This document shows positions 30,491 to 41,587 of a stretch of 64,000 nt of DNA, one piece after another. A program made the position numbers and the translations under genes. The stretch is from Nitrospirota bacterium. GTDB lineage: Bacteria; Nitrospirota; UBA9217. Position 1 is the first letter of the stretch. Every line of letters starts with the position of its first letter. The stretch lies in NCBI GenBank assembly GCA_963796285.1, contig CAWCKW010000006.1, positions 152,090-216,089 of the forward strand, given 5' to 3'. Under the pieces are notes generated by a model. That model saw nothing but the letters and a program-made list of their open reading frames with translations. It ran no database searches and had not been told where the DNA came from.

Positions 30491-33455
30491 ATGCGCTTCA
30501 CCCTGTCGCGAAAGGCCAGGATCGCCGGCATCATCGTATGCCTTTTTTTCGTCCTTTACACCATCGCAGGTTTTTTCATCCTGCCGCCCTACCTGAAAAA
30601 GACAGCCGTGGAGAAGCTGAGCGAGCAGCTTGGCCGCAAGGTAACCATCGATTCGGTCAGCCTGAATCCTTACGCCCTTTCGGCCGTCATCAAGGGGTTC
30701 GAGATCAAAGAGAACGACGGCAGCACCACGTTCATCTCCTTCGGGAGGCTGTATGTCGACCTCAAGATGATCACCATCGTCAAAGGCCTGCCCGTGATAC
30801 GAGAGGTCAAACTCGAACAGCCCCGCATCCATCTTGTCCGCAAAGAAGCCAATGTCTATAATTTTTCCGATATCATGGATACGAATGCAAGCGAAGCGTG
30901 AGGCCAGTGTCCCCGAACAGCCCGGGAAAACGGTTTCCTTTTCCGTAAGCAATATCCAGATCATAGATGGGGGCATCGAGTTCGAAGACCGGCCGGTCAA
31001 GACGAAACACGAGATCACCCAGATCAATATTGCGATACCCTTCATCTCCAACCTCCCCACCTATGTGGAATCCTTTGTGCAGCCCTCGTTCAGCGCCTCG
31101 GTCAATGGTTCGGCAATGACCGTCCAAGGCACGACAAAGGTTTTTTCCGACTCCTTCGAAACATCCGTCGACATTGCGCTGAAGGACATCGATATCCCGT
31201 ATTATCTTGCCTATGCGCCCGCAAAACTGAATGTGAAGGTGACGTCAGGCAGGCTCGACGTGGCAATGAAACTTGCCTACCGCCAGTATACGAACCGTTC
31301 CCCCATGCTGGTCCTTGCCGGCGAAACACGGGTGAAGGACCTTACGGCAGTGATCAAGAATGTCGACGGCGATTTTCTTAAGATACCGCTTTTGACCATA
31401 AAGGATATCTCGTTCGATCTCGGCGCGGCGAAGATGGAAATCGGCTCTATTGCTACCGAAAAGGGGTCCGTCGCGCTTGTGCGCTCCGGAGAAGGACAGC
31501 TGAACGTGGCCTCGATCATGACCGCGTCGCCGGAGCAGGCTCTCCCGAAAAACGTGAAGCCGCCATCCACGGACGTTCCCTGGACCGTGTTGCTTAAATC
31601 CCTCGTCATCGATGGTTATTCCGTGAAGCTGGCCGACCAAAGCCTTGCCGAACCCTTTGGCATTACCCTGGACGAAATCAACTGCAAAGCCCGGGACATC
31701 TCAACGGCAAAGGATGCAAAGGGAACGATCGCCCTCTCGATGCGGGTGGACCACAGAGGGAATGCCTCGGTTGGCGGTGACCTGATCGTCGATCCCCCTG
31801 CAGTAGACCTTGCCGTGAGTCTCAAGAAGCTCCCGCTCAAACCGATGCAGCCGTTCCTGACCGAACGGACACAGGTCCTTCTTGCGACCGGGTCGATGAC
31901 CATGAGCGGCAGGCTCAAGGCGCGCCAGGACGCAACGACTGGGCTCAGCGCCGCATTCAAAGGGAAGCTCCGGATCGACAAGGTGTCGCTTCTCGACAAG
32001 ACGACTGCCGAGGAGCTGCTGACGTGGAACACGCTGTACCTGGGCGGGATGGATGTCAGGTTCGCACCACTGTTCGTGCACATCCCGGAAATTGCGCTTT
32101 CAAAGTTCTCCTCCCGCATCATCATCAACGCAGACAGGACGATCAACCTGCAGGAGGTCTTAAAAACGCCGGCACCGGCGGAAGAAGCAGTAGCTCCGTC
32201 CATACCGGGTCCGCAAACGGCAGGTGCTGCCAAGGACGATCAACCGGCACCTTCAAAGCGACGCACTATCCGGATCGACAAGATCACGCTTCAGGGAGGC
32301 ACGATCAACTTCACCGACGAAAGCATAAAGCCGCGCTTCAGCTCCAATCTGCTCGATATCAATGGACGCGTTTCAGGGCTCTCGTCCGATGAAAACACGG
32401 CAGGAGAGGTCGAACTCAGAGGCAGGTATGACAGCTACGCACCGCTCGAGATCACCGGAAAGATCAACCCGCTCAGGGACGATCTGTACGTGGAGCTCAA
32501 GGCGAACTTCAAGGACATGGACCTTACCACGGTCAGCCCCTATGCAGGCCACTATGCAGGCTACACGGTCCAGAAGGGAAAGCTTTCATTTCAGCTTGAA
32601 TATCTGATCGTGAAGAACAAGCTTGACGCCAAGAACAGCGTTTTCCTCGACCAGTTCACGTTCGGCGATCCAGTTGAAAGCCCCGATGCCACGAAGCTTC
32701 CCGTGAAGCTCGCCGTGGCGCTCCTGAAAGACCGGAAGGGCGAGATCTCTCTCGATATACCCGTCAGCGGCGAACTGAACGATCCGAAGTTCAGCGTGGG
32801 CGGCGTGGTGCTCAAGGTCATCGTGAACCTGCTTGTAAAGGCGGCGACTTCCCCCTTTGCCCTTCTGGGCGCTGTCTTCGGCGGCGGTGAGGAACTCGGC
32901 TATGCTGAATTCGATGATGGCTCCGCCGCACTTACGGATGCCACGAAAAAGAAACTCGAAATCATCGGGAAGGCCCTGCAGGACCGGCCTGCGCTCAAGA
33001 TGGATATCATCGGGCATGCAGATCCTGAAAAAGACCGGGAGGGGCTGAAACAAAACGGCCTGCTGCGAAAAATAAAATCCCGGAAGATCAGGGCAATGGT
33101 TAAAACCAGCGGAGATACCCCCTCCCTTGATGCGGTGACCGTTACGCAGGAGGAATATCCTGTGTATCTGAAGCAAGCCTATAAAGAAGAAAAGTTCCCG
33201 AAACCGCGGAACTTTATCGGCATTGCGAAGGATCTAACCGTGCCCGAAATGGAGAAGCTCATACTCACCAACCTGACGGTTACGGATGACGACCTGAAGG
33301 CGCTCGCCGGAGAGCGGGCGCGGTTGGTGAGGGATTACTTATTGCAGTCAATGCAGATCGAACCGGAGCGGATCTTCGTTGTTGAGACCAAAACCCTCGA
33401 GGTGGAGAAAAAAGAAGGGGCCAAAGACAGCCGCGTCGACTTTAGTCTGAAATGA
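30491..33455 (+). CDS. DUF748 repeat (AsmA-like) envelope protein, apparent frameshift near 30880
   Basis: N-terminal TM (GFFILP), repeated beta-rich units, LPVKLAVALLKD, OmpA-like C-terminus; split over two overlapping ORFs. Confidence 0.85.
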
Positions 33456-33490
33456 GCATCATGTATTCATCAATTCACAGGAGGCTGCAT

Positions 33491-34057
33491 ATGAATAATA
33501 ACCTCTATAAAATACTTGGCAGTGCCGCTGCAGCATTGATCTTCATCACCGCGCTGCTGGCCGGATGCAATTACACCGCGATGCCGAACAATGTTCCTCG
33601 CATAACGGGAGCTGATGAGCTCTTGCTCAAGAACATATCGGTCATCATCATAAATGCCGAGAAGAACGGGTCGATTGAAGAGATCCTGACGGATCAAGGA
33701 GAGACCTCGGGCTTTCAGGCGAACCGTCAACTCTGGTCGAAAAAGCTGGTCGAGTCCCTTGCTGCCGAGCTTGCACGGCGCGGGGCGATGGTGCGCAGCA
33801 ACGCCCCGATAAAGCTCAGCATCTCATTGCCGGAAATAACTGCGCTCCAGACCACAAACCTCTACCAGTTCAGGGTAAAGGTCCTGGTTGTGTCGTCAAC
33901 GGGATGGTCGAAAACATATGAGGGGGTCGCGGGTGGCGACATAAAGGTCGTTTGGTCCGTCACCTCAGCAGCAGCCCAATGGTCCGGTCAGGCGCTGGCC
34001 GAGGTCATAAAGGCCATGTTGTCTGACCGTGAATTCGTGGCCGCTCTTGGAAAGTAG
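33491..34057 (+). CDS. Hypothetical lipoprotein
   Basis: Lipobox LAGC; GGAGG RBS. Confidence 0.75.
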   Translation: MNNNLYKILGSAAAALIFITALLAGCNYTAMPNNVPRITGADELLLKNISVIIINAEKNGSIEEILTDQGETSGFQANRQLWSKKLVESLAAELARRGAMVRSNAPIKLSISLPEITALQTTNLYQFRVKVLVVSSTGWSKTYEGVAGGDIKVVWSVTSAAAQWSGQALAEVIKAMLSDREFVAALGK

Positions 34058-34235
34058 GCGGCTGTCTCATCGTCGTGAAACTCCCGCATCATGGCGACAG
34101 CACAGGAGAGGCTGATCCAAGCTGAACTCGTTCGATACCCGCCCTGGGAAATACCATCACCCTGGTTTGCCGATGCCCATCATGGCTTCAAATCCCGCAA
34201 CGCAACGTGTGCAACTACATCCCGCTGGCGCCTAG

Positions 34236-35479
34236 CTACGTGAAGATCCCGATGACGGCGCCGGTCATGCAGGTCGCAAGGGTTCCTGCAACGAGCGCCT
34301 TCATACCGAGCCCAACGATCTCATCGCGCCTTTCAGGCGCCAGGCTCCCGAGGCCGCTAAGGAGGATGCCAAGGCTGCCGAAATTGGCGAAGCTGCTGAG
34401 CGCATAGGTCATGATCAGCCGGCTGCGCGGGTCAAGGGCGTCCGCCGGGAGTTTGGACAGCTCGATAAAAGCGAGCAGCTCGTTTAAAATTGTCTTGGTG
34501 CCCATGAGATATCCGGCCGTCTGCGCCTCGGCCCAGGGTATGCCGAAGAGCCAGACAACAGGGGCCATGACGAACCCGAGGACCCTCTGTAGGGTGAGCG
34601 GCCGGCCGTTGACGTCAGGAAGCAGGCTGATGAGCTGGTTCGCGAGATACACCAGAGCAACCATGACCACGAGTACGGCAATGATATTCAACAGGAGATG
34701 GAGACCATCCAGCGTCCCCTTTACCACCGCATCCATGGAGCTGCTCGCCGTCCGCTGGGGCACGAAGGCCCCTGATGTCCCTTCCCCGGTCTCGGGGACC
34801 ATGATCCGGGCGATCGTGATCGCGGCAGCCACGTGGATGAAAGACGCGACAAGGATATGGCCGAGCGGGTCAGGGACCACGCCTTTCAAGATCGTTGCGT
34901 AGAGGACCATGACCGTACCCGCAATGCACGCCATGCCCACCGTCATGAGAGAGAAGATCTCGCTCCGCGTCATGGTCCGGAGATAGGGCTTGATGACCAG
35001 GGGCGCCTCCACCATGCCGAGGAAGATCGTTGTTGAGGCGCCGAGACCGAGCGCACCGCCGATGTTCAGCGTTTTCTGAAGCAGCAGGGAGAACGCGTTC
35101 ACAATGAACAGGCATGATCCTCCAGTAAAAAAGCAGGGCAGAAAGTGCGCCGATCACGAGCACTAACGGCAAAGCCTGGAAGGCGAGGATGAAGTTCGCT
35201 CGCGGGTTCCTGGAGAACAAAGGGCGGCGCGCCGCCGCCGATGTAACCGAAGACAAAGGAGGTGCCCGTATGTTGTTGCGGCTTCAAGGGTAAGCACGAC
35301 GTTATTCAGGAGCAGAAAGGACTTTTTGAAGAATGGAATATAGAGAAGGATGCCGGCAATGGCGAACTGGACCAGCACGCCGGTGAGGATGATCGTAGGT
35401 TGACGCTTTTCCTCTTCTCGCTGATGGTCCAGGCGATGCCGAGGAAGACGACGATGCCGAGCAGACCTTGTATACGCAT
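34236..35479 (-). CDS. NupC/CNT nucleoside transporter, several apparent frameshifts in the 5' third
   Basis: FVFGYIGGG, LAFQALP, IFLGMVEAP, KTILNE, FANFGS spread across frames. Confidence 0.85.
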
Positions 35480-35653
35480 GGAGCGCTCCTTAATGACAGA
35501 TGCTTGACGTACGTTTTCGCGATTATGCCATGCCAGGGGACAATTTTCAATTTAAAAGGTAGGCTGTCGAACAAGGGAGGGCGGCAGAATCCGGCTTTTC
35601 ATCCATTCTGAATTATGCTACACTTATTCTGTCGGCAGAAAGACAAAGTGAAT

Positions 35654-36103
35654 ATGCTCCTGTTCCTGAACATACTCCAGACCATCCTGCTGCTGTTGAT
35701 CGCGTCAGGCGTTGCCTACCTGGTTTACCGGTCATCCCGTGGCGCAAGGAGCACCAGGAAGTCCCTGCATTCGAGACGCAAGGATATCTATGGCGATCTC
35801 GTGCGGGTTCTGGCCACGCTCAGCAAGACAGGCGAGATCCGGAAAGAGGAGCTCCTGGACTTCCGGTCACGTACGCTGGATGCTGCTCTTATCTTCGACA
35901 CGGAGATCGCCGCATACATCGACGAGATTTATACCCGGGGAGTGAAGCTCATGAGCACCAGCGAACTCCTGAAGGGAGCGGATTTGCCGATCGGCGAGAA
36001 ACGCGACGATATCACTGTTGAGAACGCGAGGCAAACGATCTGGCTTGCCGATCAGCTCGCGATGGTGGAGAAAAAATTCGGACATTACCCGGATGTGAAG
36101 TAG
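35654..36103 (+). CDS. Hypothetical protein with N-terminal TM helix
   Basis: Uninterrupted ORF with hydrophobic N-terminus; start uncertain. Confidence 0.7.
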   Translation: MLLFLNILQTILLLLIASGVAYLVYRSSRGARSTRKSLHSRRKDIYGDLVRVLATLSKTGEIRKEELLDFRSRTLDAALIFDTEIAAYIDEIYTRGVKLMSTSELLKGADLPIGEKRDDITVENARQTIWLADQLAMVEKKFGHYPDVK

Positions 36104-36225
36104 CAAGAAGAGATACACGAAGCGTCATGCATCGTTGTCATCCTCCCGCGCGTATAATTCTGTTTCTCATCGTGTCATAAGGTCCGCCATAGCGAGGTAT
36201 TTTCCCTGGTAGCATACCTGCTCCT

Positions 36226-36408
36226 CTAAGGCCTCTGCACGCTTTTTGCGCGTATGAAGTAAGACATTGAAACTAGGTTTTCTCCGGATGTCCTATTCCT
36301 TTCCAAACCTTCCCCGCTAATGATAATCAACGGATCGCTGAAAGTACATTGGCGTTGACTGTCACTAGTTAGAAACAAGCAGAAGGCATCCTCGCATTCA
36401 ATAAGCAT
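36226..36408 (-). CDS. Possible small Cys-containing protein
   Basis: 60 aa ORF IECEDAFC...C in an otherwise empty intergenic region, G-rich upstream. Confidence 0.3.
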   Translation of the reverse strand: MLIECEDAFCLFLTSDSQRQCTFSDPLIIISGEGLERNRTSGENLVSMSYFIRAKSVQRP

Positions 36409-36601
36409 CCCCCCGCATCTTGACTTCTCATCTTCGTATGATATAGTTTTCTCAGAAGCCTGACATCAAGCCTCGAGTATAAGCGCGCCTCAATTAAATA
36501 ATACTATGGTAATACTATCGTCCTGAAGTCGTTGCCTCAATAGTGAGAAAGTATCATTGTTGTGCAGTTTGAACTTCTTAAATTACGAAAGGAGGCATTG
36601 A

Positions 36602-37039
36602 ATGTTAAAAGAGTTCAAGGAATTCATCATGCGGGGAAACGTAGTGGACCTCGCAGTCGGTATTATCATCGGCGGGGCATTTGGAAAAATCATCACTTCG
36701 CTGGTGGGTGATATCCTGATGCCGCCGCTCGGGAAGATCATGGGCAATGTGGATTTCAGCGGGTTGTTCATCAACCTCTCCGGCACTCCGTATCCATCAC
36801 TGGCTGCAGCCAAGGCAGCAGGTGCGGCCACGATCAACTACGGGTTGTTCATCAACACGGTGATCGATTTCATCATTGTGGCGGCGGCAATATTCATCCT
36901 GATCAAGCAGGTCAATCGTCTGAAAAAACCGGTGGAGGTTGCAGCTCCAGCCACCAAGGCATGCCCCTATTGCCTGTCCGCGGTGCCGCTCAAGGCAACC
37001 CGTTGTCCGGCATGCACATCAGAATTAAAGGCCGCCTGA
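36602..37039 (+). CDS. mscL: Large-conductance mechanosensitive channel with C-terminal zinc ribbon
   Basis: [28 protein letters not shown]...RCPAC. Confidence 0.95.
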   Translation: MLKEFKEFIMRGNVVDLAVGIIIGGAFGKIITSLVGDILMPPLGKIMGNVDFSGLFINLSGTPYPSLAAAKAAGAATINYGLFINTVIDFIIVAAAIFILIKQVNRLKKPVEVAAPATKACPYCLSAVPLKATRCPACTSELKAA

Positions 37040-37105
37040 AAAGACGAAGAGCAACGGTCTGGCAATGCCGGTAAACACGATCTCAACGAAAGGGGGAACA
37101 AGAAC

Positions 37106-38395
37106 ATGAAAAGACTGATGCTGATAGTATTTTCCATTATCGTAACTGGAGTGCTGGCATTACCCAGCTTTGCGGCAATAACACCGGGGAAATGGTCGGT
37201 GTCGCCGTTTGTAGGATGGTATTCATTCGATCATGCCATGGACCTGACGGACAAGCCCGTATACGGACTCAGGCTCGGCTATGATCTCACCGAGCGATGG
37301 GGTTTGGAGGGTGCGCTAGACTACGTAAAGACGAAGCTCGAACACAGCAATGGAGATGCCGTAAGGGTTTATGGTTATCGATTGGATGCGTTGTTTCATT
37401 TTATGCCGCAGGAAAAGCTTGTCCCCTATGTTGCCGCAGGAGTGGGCGGGACAAATGCCGAATATCCGGTAAACCAACCTAATGATAATGACTTCCTGTT
37501 CAATTACGGTGCTGGAGTGAAATATTTTCTGTCCGACAACTGGGCCCTCAGGGCCGATATCCGTCATCTGCTCGTGTTCGATGGAGGACGCCAGGACTGG
37601 GAATCTACAATAGGGCTTACCTTCCTTTTTGGCGGTATGAAGCCCGCACCGGTCGCGGCCATGGATTCGGACAACGATGGAGTTCCGGATTCCATGGATA
37701 AGTGTCCCAATACGCCGAAAGGCGTGAGTGTGGACGCCGCCGGCTGTCCGCTTGACAGCGACGGCGACGGTGTGCCGGATTACCTTGACAAGTGTCCTAA
37801 TACTCCGAAAGGGGAGAAGGTAGGCGCAGACGGCTGTCCGCTTGTCAGCGATAGCGACGCCGACGGTGTGGTGGATTCCATGGATAAGTGTCCGGATACG
37901 CCGAAAGGCGTAAGTGTGGACGCCGCTGGCTGTCCGCTTGACAGCGACGGCGACGGTGTGCCGGATTATCTTGACAAGTGTCCTAATACTCCGAAAGGAG
38001 CGAAGGTTGACAAGGACGGCTGTCTTGAGAAGTTGGCTGAAAAGGTCAGCATTGCGCTCCAGATCGAATTCGATTCCGGCAAGGCAGACATAAAATCAAA
38101 GTATGAAGAGCAGATCAAGAAGGTGGCTGATTTCATGACCACCTATCCAGAGACAACTGCAGTGATCGAGGGCCATACGGACAATGTGGGCAAAGAAGCA
38201 TCCAACGTCCGTCTCTCGACGAGGCGCTCGGAAAGCGTCAGAACGTATTTGATAGAAAAATTCGGTATTGCTCCCGGGCGTCTGATCACCAAGGGGTTTG
38301 GTTCTTCACACCCGGTGGCTGACAATGCCACACCGGAAGGAAGACAGAAGAACCGCCGGATCACCGCGGTCATCGAGGCAATGACAGTGCGATAG
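37106..38395 (+). CDS. OmpA/OprF family protein with TSP3-like Ca-binding repeats
   Basis: Beta-barrel N-terminus, four DSDxDGV..DKCP repeats, IEGHTD, NRRI. Confidence 0.93.
   Translation: MKRLMLIVFSIIVTGVLALPSFAAITPGKWSVSPFVGWYSFDHAMDLTDKPVYGLRLGYDLTERWGLEGALDYVKTKLEHSNGDAVRVYGYRLDALFHFMPQEKLVPYVAAGVGGTNAEYPVNQPNDNDFLFNYGAGVKYFLSDNWALRADIRHLLVFDGGRQDWESTIGLTFLFGGMKPAPVAAMDSDNDGVPDSMDKCPNTPKGVSVDAAGCPLDSDGDGVPDYLDKCPNTPKGEKVGADGCPLVSDSDADGVVDSMDKCPDTPKGVSVDAAGCPLDSDGDGVPDYLDKCPNTPKGAKVDKDGCLEKLAEKVSIALQIEFDSGKADIKSKYEEQIKKVADFMTTYPETTAVIEGHTDNVGKEASNVRLSTRRSESVRTYLIEKFGIAPGRLITKGFGSSHPVADNATPEGRQKNRRITAVIEAMTVR
37687..38000 (+). repeat. Near-identical intragenic duplication (186-nt period)
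   Basis: GGATTCCATGGATAAGTGTCC... block at 37687 and 37873. Confidence 0.9.
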
Positions 38396-38476
38396 AGCGA
38401 TAACGAGCCAGGGGGCAGCAGCCCCCTGGGCTATTCAGTGGCGTGAGATATTGCTGCCGGACAAGGAGAAAAACTT

Positions 38477-39382
38477 GTGAACCCAAAAAAAAGAAATATG
38501 ATCCAAACCAGCATTTTCTTTGCGATAGCTATCGCCATGACGCTGGTTCTTAGCCCGTCGGGAGTTCTCGCAAAGGAAAAAAAGGACACGAAAAGCGCGA
38601 AGAGTGAAAAAAAAGAGGCTGTTGACCTGAACAATGCATCGCAGAAGGAACTGGAAGCGTTGCCCGGCATAGGGGCGGCTGCTGCAAAGAAGATCATAGC
38701 TGGACGGCCGTACCGATCAGTAGACGAACTTTCCCGGGCGGGCCTGTCCGCCAAGAAGATAGAGGCCCTGAAATCTCAGGTCATGATCGGTTCGGCATCT
38801 GCGGCGCCCCAATCGTCGTCCGAGGGCAAGACGAAGGAAACAAAGAGTACGAAGGAAACGAAGGGCGCGAAAAGCTCGAAGAGCGAAAAGCATGAAGTTG
38901 TCGACCTGAACAATGCATCACAAAAGGAACTGGAAGCGCTGCCCGGTGTCGGGGCGGCGACTGCCAAGAAGATCATAGCAGGACGGCCGTACCGATCGGT
39001 GGATGAGCTCTCAAAGGCGGGCCTGTCCGCCAAGAAGACTGAGGCATTGAAATCACAGGTCATGGTCGGTTCAGCACCCGCAGCAGTACCCGCGCCATCC
39101 GAAGGCAAGGCGGGCGCAGTTACCGCCCCGTCTCCAAAAAGTTCAGCACAAGAGGAAAAACCCGCTGCGTCATCAAAATCAATGAAGCTCGCGCCGGGCC
39201 AGCGGGTGAATATAAATACCGCGAGCAAGGAAGATCTAGAGGCGCTTCCGGGCATCGGACCCGCAAAATCCCAGGCCATCATCGATGGCAGGCCATACGG
39301 CTCGATCGAAGACATCATGAAGGTAAAGGGGATCAAGCAGGGGATCTTCAACAAGATCAAGGACAATATTACCGTTCGATAG
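38477..39382 (+). CDS. Exported ComEA-like protein with three helix-hairpin-helix modules
   Basis: Signal peptide; DLNNAS..ELEALPG twice and [15 protein letters not shown]; 279-nt internal duplication. Confidence 0.9.
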   Translation: MNPKKRNMIQTSIFFAIAIAMTLVLSPSGVLAKEKKDTKSAKSEKKEAVDLNNASQKELEALPGIGAAAAKKIIAGRPYRSVDELSRAGLSAKKIEALKSQVMIGSASAAPQSSSEGKTKETKSTKETKGAKSSKSEKHEVVDLNNASQKELEALPGVGAATAKKIIAGRPYRSVDELSKAGLSAKKTEALKSQVMVGSAPAAVPAPSEGKAGAVTAPSPKSSAQEEKPAASSKSMKLAPGQRVNINTASKEDLEALPGIGPAKSQAIIDGRPYGSIEDIMKVKGIKQGIFNKIKDNITVR

Positions 39383-39452
39383 AAAACTGGTCCGCGTCGT
39401 TTCGCGGGGAGCAGCGTTGCATTGTGCGGTCAAAAAAGAAAAGGAGGGTCGT

Positions 39453-39749
39453 ATGATAAAACGCAGTCTGGTAGTGATGGCAATAGGTATTTTTCTGCTG
39501 GTCGCGTCGTTCGCATTTGCTGGTGCGCCGAAGACGTACCAAGTGACAGGACCCGTCCTTGAGCTAAAGGACGATATGATCATTGTCCAGAAAGGGAAGG
39601 ACCGCTGGGAAATCGCCCGCGGAGCAGATGCCAAAGTGACGGGTGATCTTAAGGTCGGCTCAAAAGTCACGATCGAGTACCGTATGAATGCTGCCACGAT
39701 CGAGGTCAAGGATGCAGGCAAAAAGGAAGGTAAGAAAAAGGGAAAGTAA
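39453..39749 (+). CDS. Small exported beta-rich (OB-fold-like) protein
   Basis: Signal peptide AFA, TYQVTGPVLE, LKVGSKVTIEY; AGGAGG RBS. Confidence 0.8.
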   Translation: MIKRSLVVMAIGIFLLVASFAFAGAPKTYQVTGPVLELKDDMIIVQKGKDRWEIARGADAKVTGDLKVGSKVTIEYRMNAATIEVKDAGKKEGKKKGK

Positions 39750-39871
39750 GTCCGTTTGAACATGCAGCAATTAACATCGGATGTGCCGGCTGTCTAAGCC
39801 GAAACGAACATCCCTCATCCCCGTGAGGCCCCACATCACGGTCTCACGGGCGCTTTTTTGGAGGAATCGCC

Positions 39872-40288
39872 ATGGGTTTACTCGATCAAATCACAAGCGA
39901 TCTGAAAAGCGCATTGTCAGGCGGAAGCGGTCAAAGCAGCTTGTTAGATGGTGTCAAGGATCTCTTGACCAATTCGTCAACCGGCGGACTCGAAGGGCTG
40001 GTACAAAGATTCAAGGAAAAAGGTCTCGGCGATACCATAGCCTCCTGGATCAGCACGGGAGAAAACAAGGTGGTCACTAACGAACAAATTCAAAAGGTGC
40101 TGGGAAGTGGTTTCATTCAACAACTCGCCGAGAAAGCGGGCATCTCACAGGAAAAGGTTTCCCAGCAATTGGCCGGCATGCTCCCCCAGGTCATAGACAA
40201 ACTGACACCGAACGGAAAGCTCCCGGAAGGCAGTAAAATTGCAGAGGGTCTGAACATGCTGAAGGACCAGTTTTTCAAGAAAGCGTAA
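39872..40288 (+). CDS. YidB (DUF937) family protein
   Basis: GGLEGL..F..GLG...SWISTGEN, LPQVIDKLTPNG. Confidence 0.9.
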   Translation: MGLLDQITSDLKSALSGGSGQSSLLDGVKDLLTNSSTGGLEGLVQRFKEKGLGDTIASWISTGENKVVTNEQIQKVLGSGFIQQLAEKAGISQEKVSQQLAGMLPQVIDKLTPNGKLPEGSKIAEGLNMLKDQFFKKA

Positions 40289-40310
40289 GGACTGTACGGA
40301 TAGTTCAAAT

Positions 40311-40347
40311 AAAAAACGCCACGGGTTCAAACCGGTGGCGTTTTTTT
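40311..40347. terminator. Bidirectional-type intrinsic terminator
   Basis: A6-CGCCAC...GTGGCG-T7. Confidence 0.75.
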
Positions 40348-40427
40348 CCCTGAATGCATTTGGTGTATTCTGAGGAAACACGGGTTTTTTCTGGACAGAG
40401 AACATAACAACGAAGAAAGGATCTAGT

Positions 40428-41172
40428 ATGATAAAACGAGCACTCTTAATTATGTTGTTGAGCATCGGAATTACCGCAGCTTGCATCAGTTTCCTTCGCA
40501 GAGGAGAAAGCACCGGAGAAGGCATTAAGCGACGAAGGTGAGGTTTCGTATGTTCAAACCGACGGCAATACAAAGGTCAGCACCCTGTCAGCAAAAAATA
40601 TGGTGAAGTATAAATTCAACGATCGGCTGCTGGGCACCTGGAAGGCTGGCGCGGTGAGCGCCGAAACATCCAACGTAAAAACCGCGGAAAGCTATTTTAC
40701 GGACCTCAAGCTGGATTATCAGAACACACCGCGATTGTATTCCTTTGTCAATGCCGGCTGGCAGCAAAACAGATTTGCGGGCGTTGATGAGCACATCTAT
40801 GGAGGGGTCGGCGAAGGCTATAAGTTCCTTGATGGGCCTGCACATTTCCTGATCGGTGAACTCGGTGTAATGTATGTGGCCGACAAGTATACCGATACGA
40901 CAAAGAAAGATTATCCCGGCGGACGAGCTTTTGCGAAATACACCTATGCGTTTACCGAAAAGAACAAGTTCTCCCAGTCCCTGGAGTATCTCAACGACTT
41001 TAATGATTCGAAGAGATACTTTGTGAATTCCGAGACAGCGGTCATTTCCGCGTTAAGCGGCATTTTTTCCCTGAAGGCTGCTTACCTTGTAAATTATACC
41101 AACGAACCGGTCCCCGCAACATTGAAAAAGAAGGACTCCATGACGACCGTGGCGCTGGTGGTCAACTACTAA
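40428..41172 (+). CDS. DUF481 (YdiY-like) outer-membrane protein, frameshifts in the 5' part
   Basis: Signal peptide, YVQTDGNT in a shifted frame, beta-barrel body ending VVNY. Confidence 0.8.
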
Positions 41173-41587
41173 ACAACGAACTGAATCCCGTTTTGTTTCC
41201 CCGGGGACCGAAAAGTCCCCCCGGGGAGGTAACGTATTTATGGGCGACTCTTTAGATCAAACGTTACTACCCGCTACGCGTACGGCATCCCGGACATGCG
41301 GTGCCACGCGGAATGCGAAAGGGCTCGCCTGCTGAATGCGGGTTATTCATTGACTGTACCCGTATAGCCTGCCATCACCCACCAGCTTTTTTACGAATCA
41401 TTCTTTCAGGTTTTTTCCATTCCTTTCATCCGTTGAAATAAAAAAAGTATGAGTAAAACAACTTGCTGGGTTGATATGCATAAACTTTGGGTACATTGGG
41501 TTTTTCAGCGTTTTATTGCAGAGTAACGGTACTCGGGTACAAAATATTAAGACCGTCCGGGATTACTGCGAAAGGGGGTATGTTGGT

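Noticed and set aside
30899-30901. Selenocysteine readthrough at TGA stops (DUF748, marR)
   Set aside because: The downstream coding sequence continues in a different frame, so these are frameshifts rather than in-frame UGA
37687-39070. Direct repeats as a possible CRISPR array or DGR template/variable pair
   Set aside because: They are in-frame domain duplications in OmpA and the HhH protein; no spacers, cas genes, reverse transcriptase or adenine-specific variation
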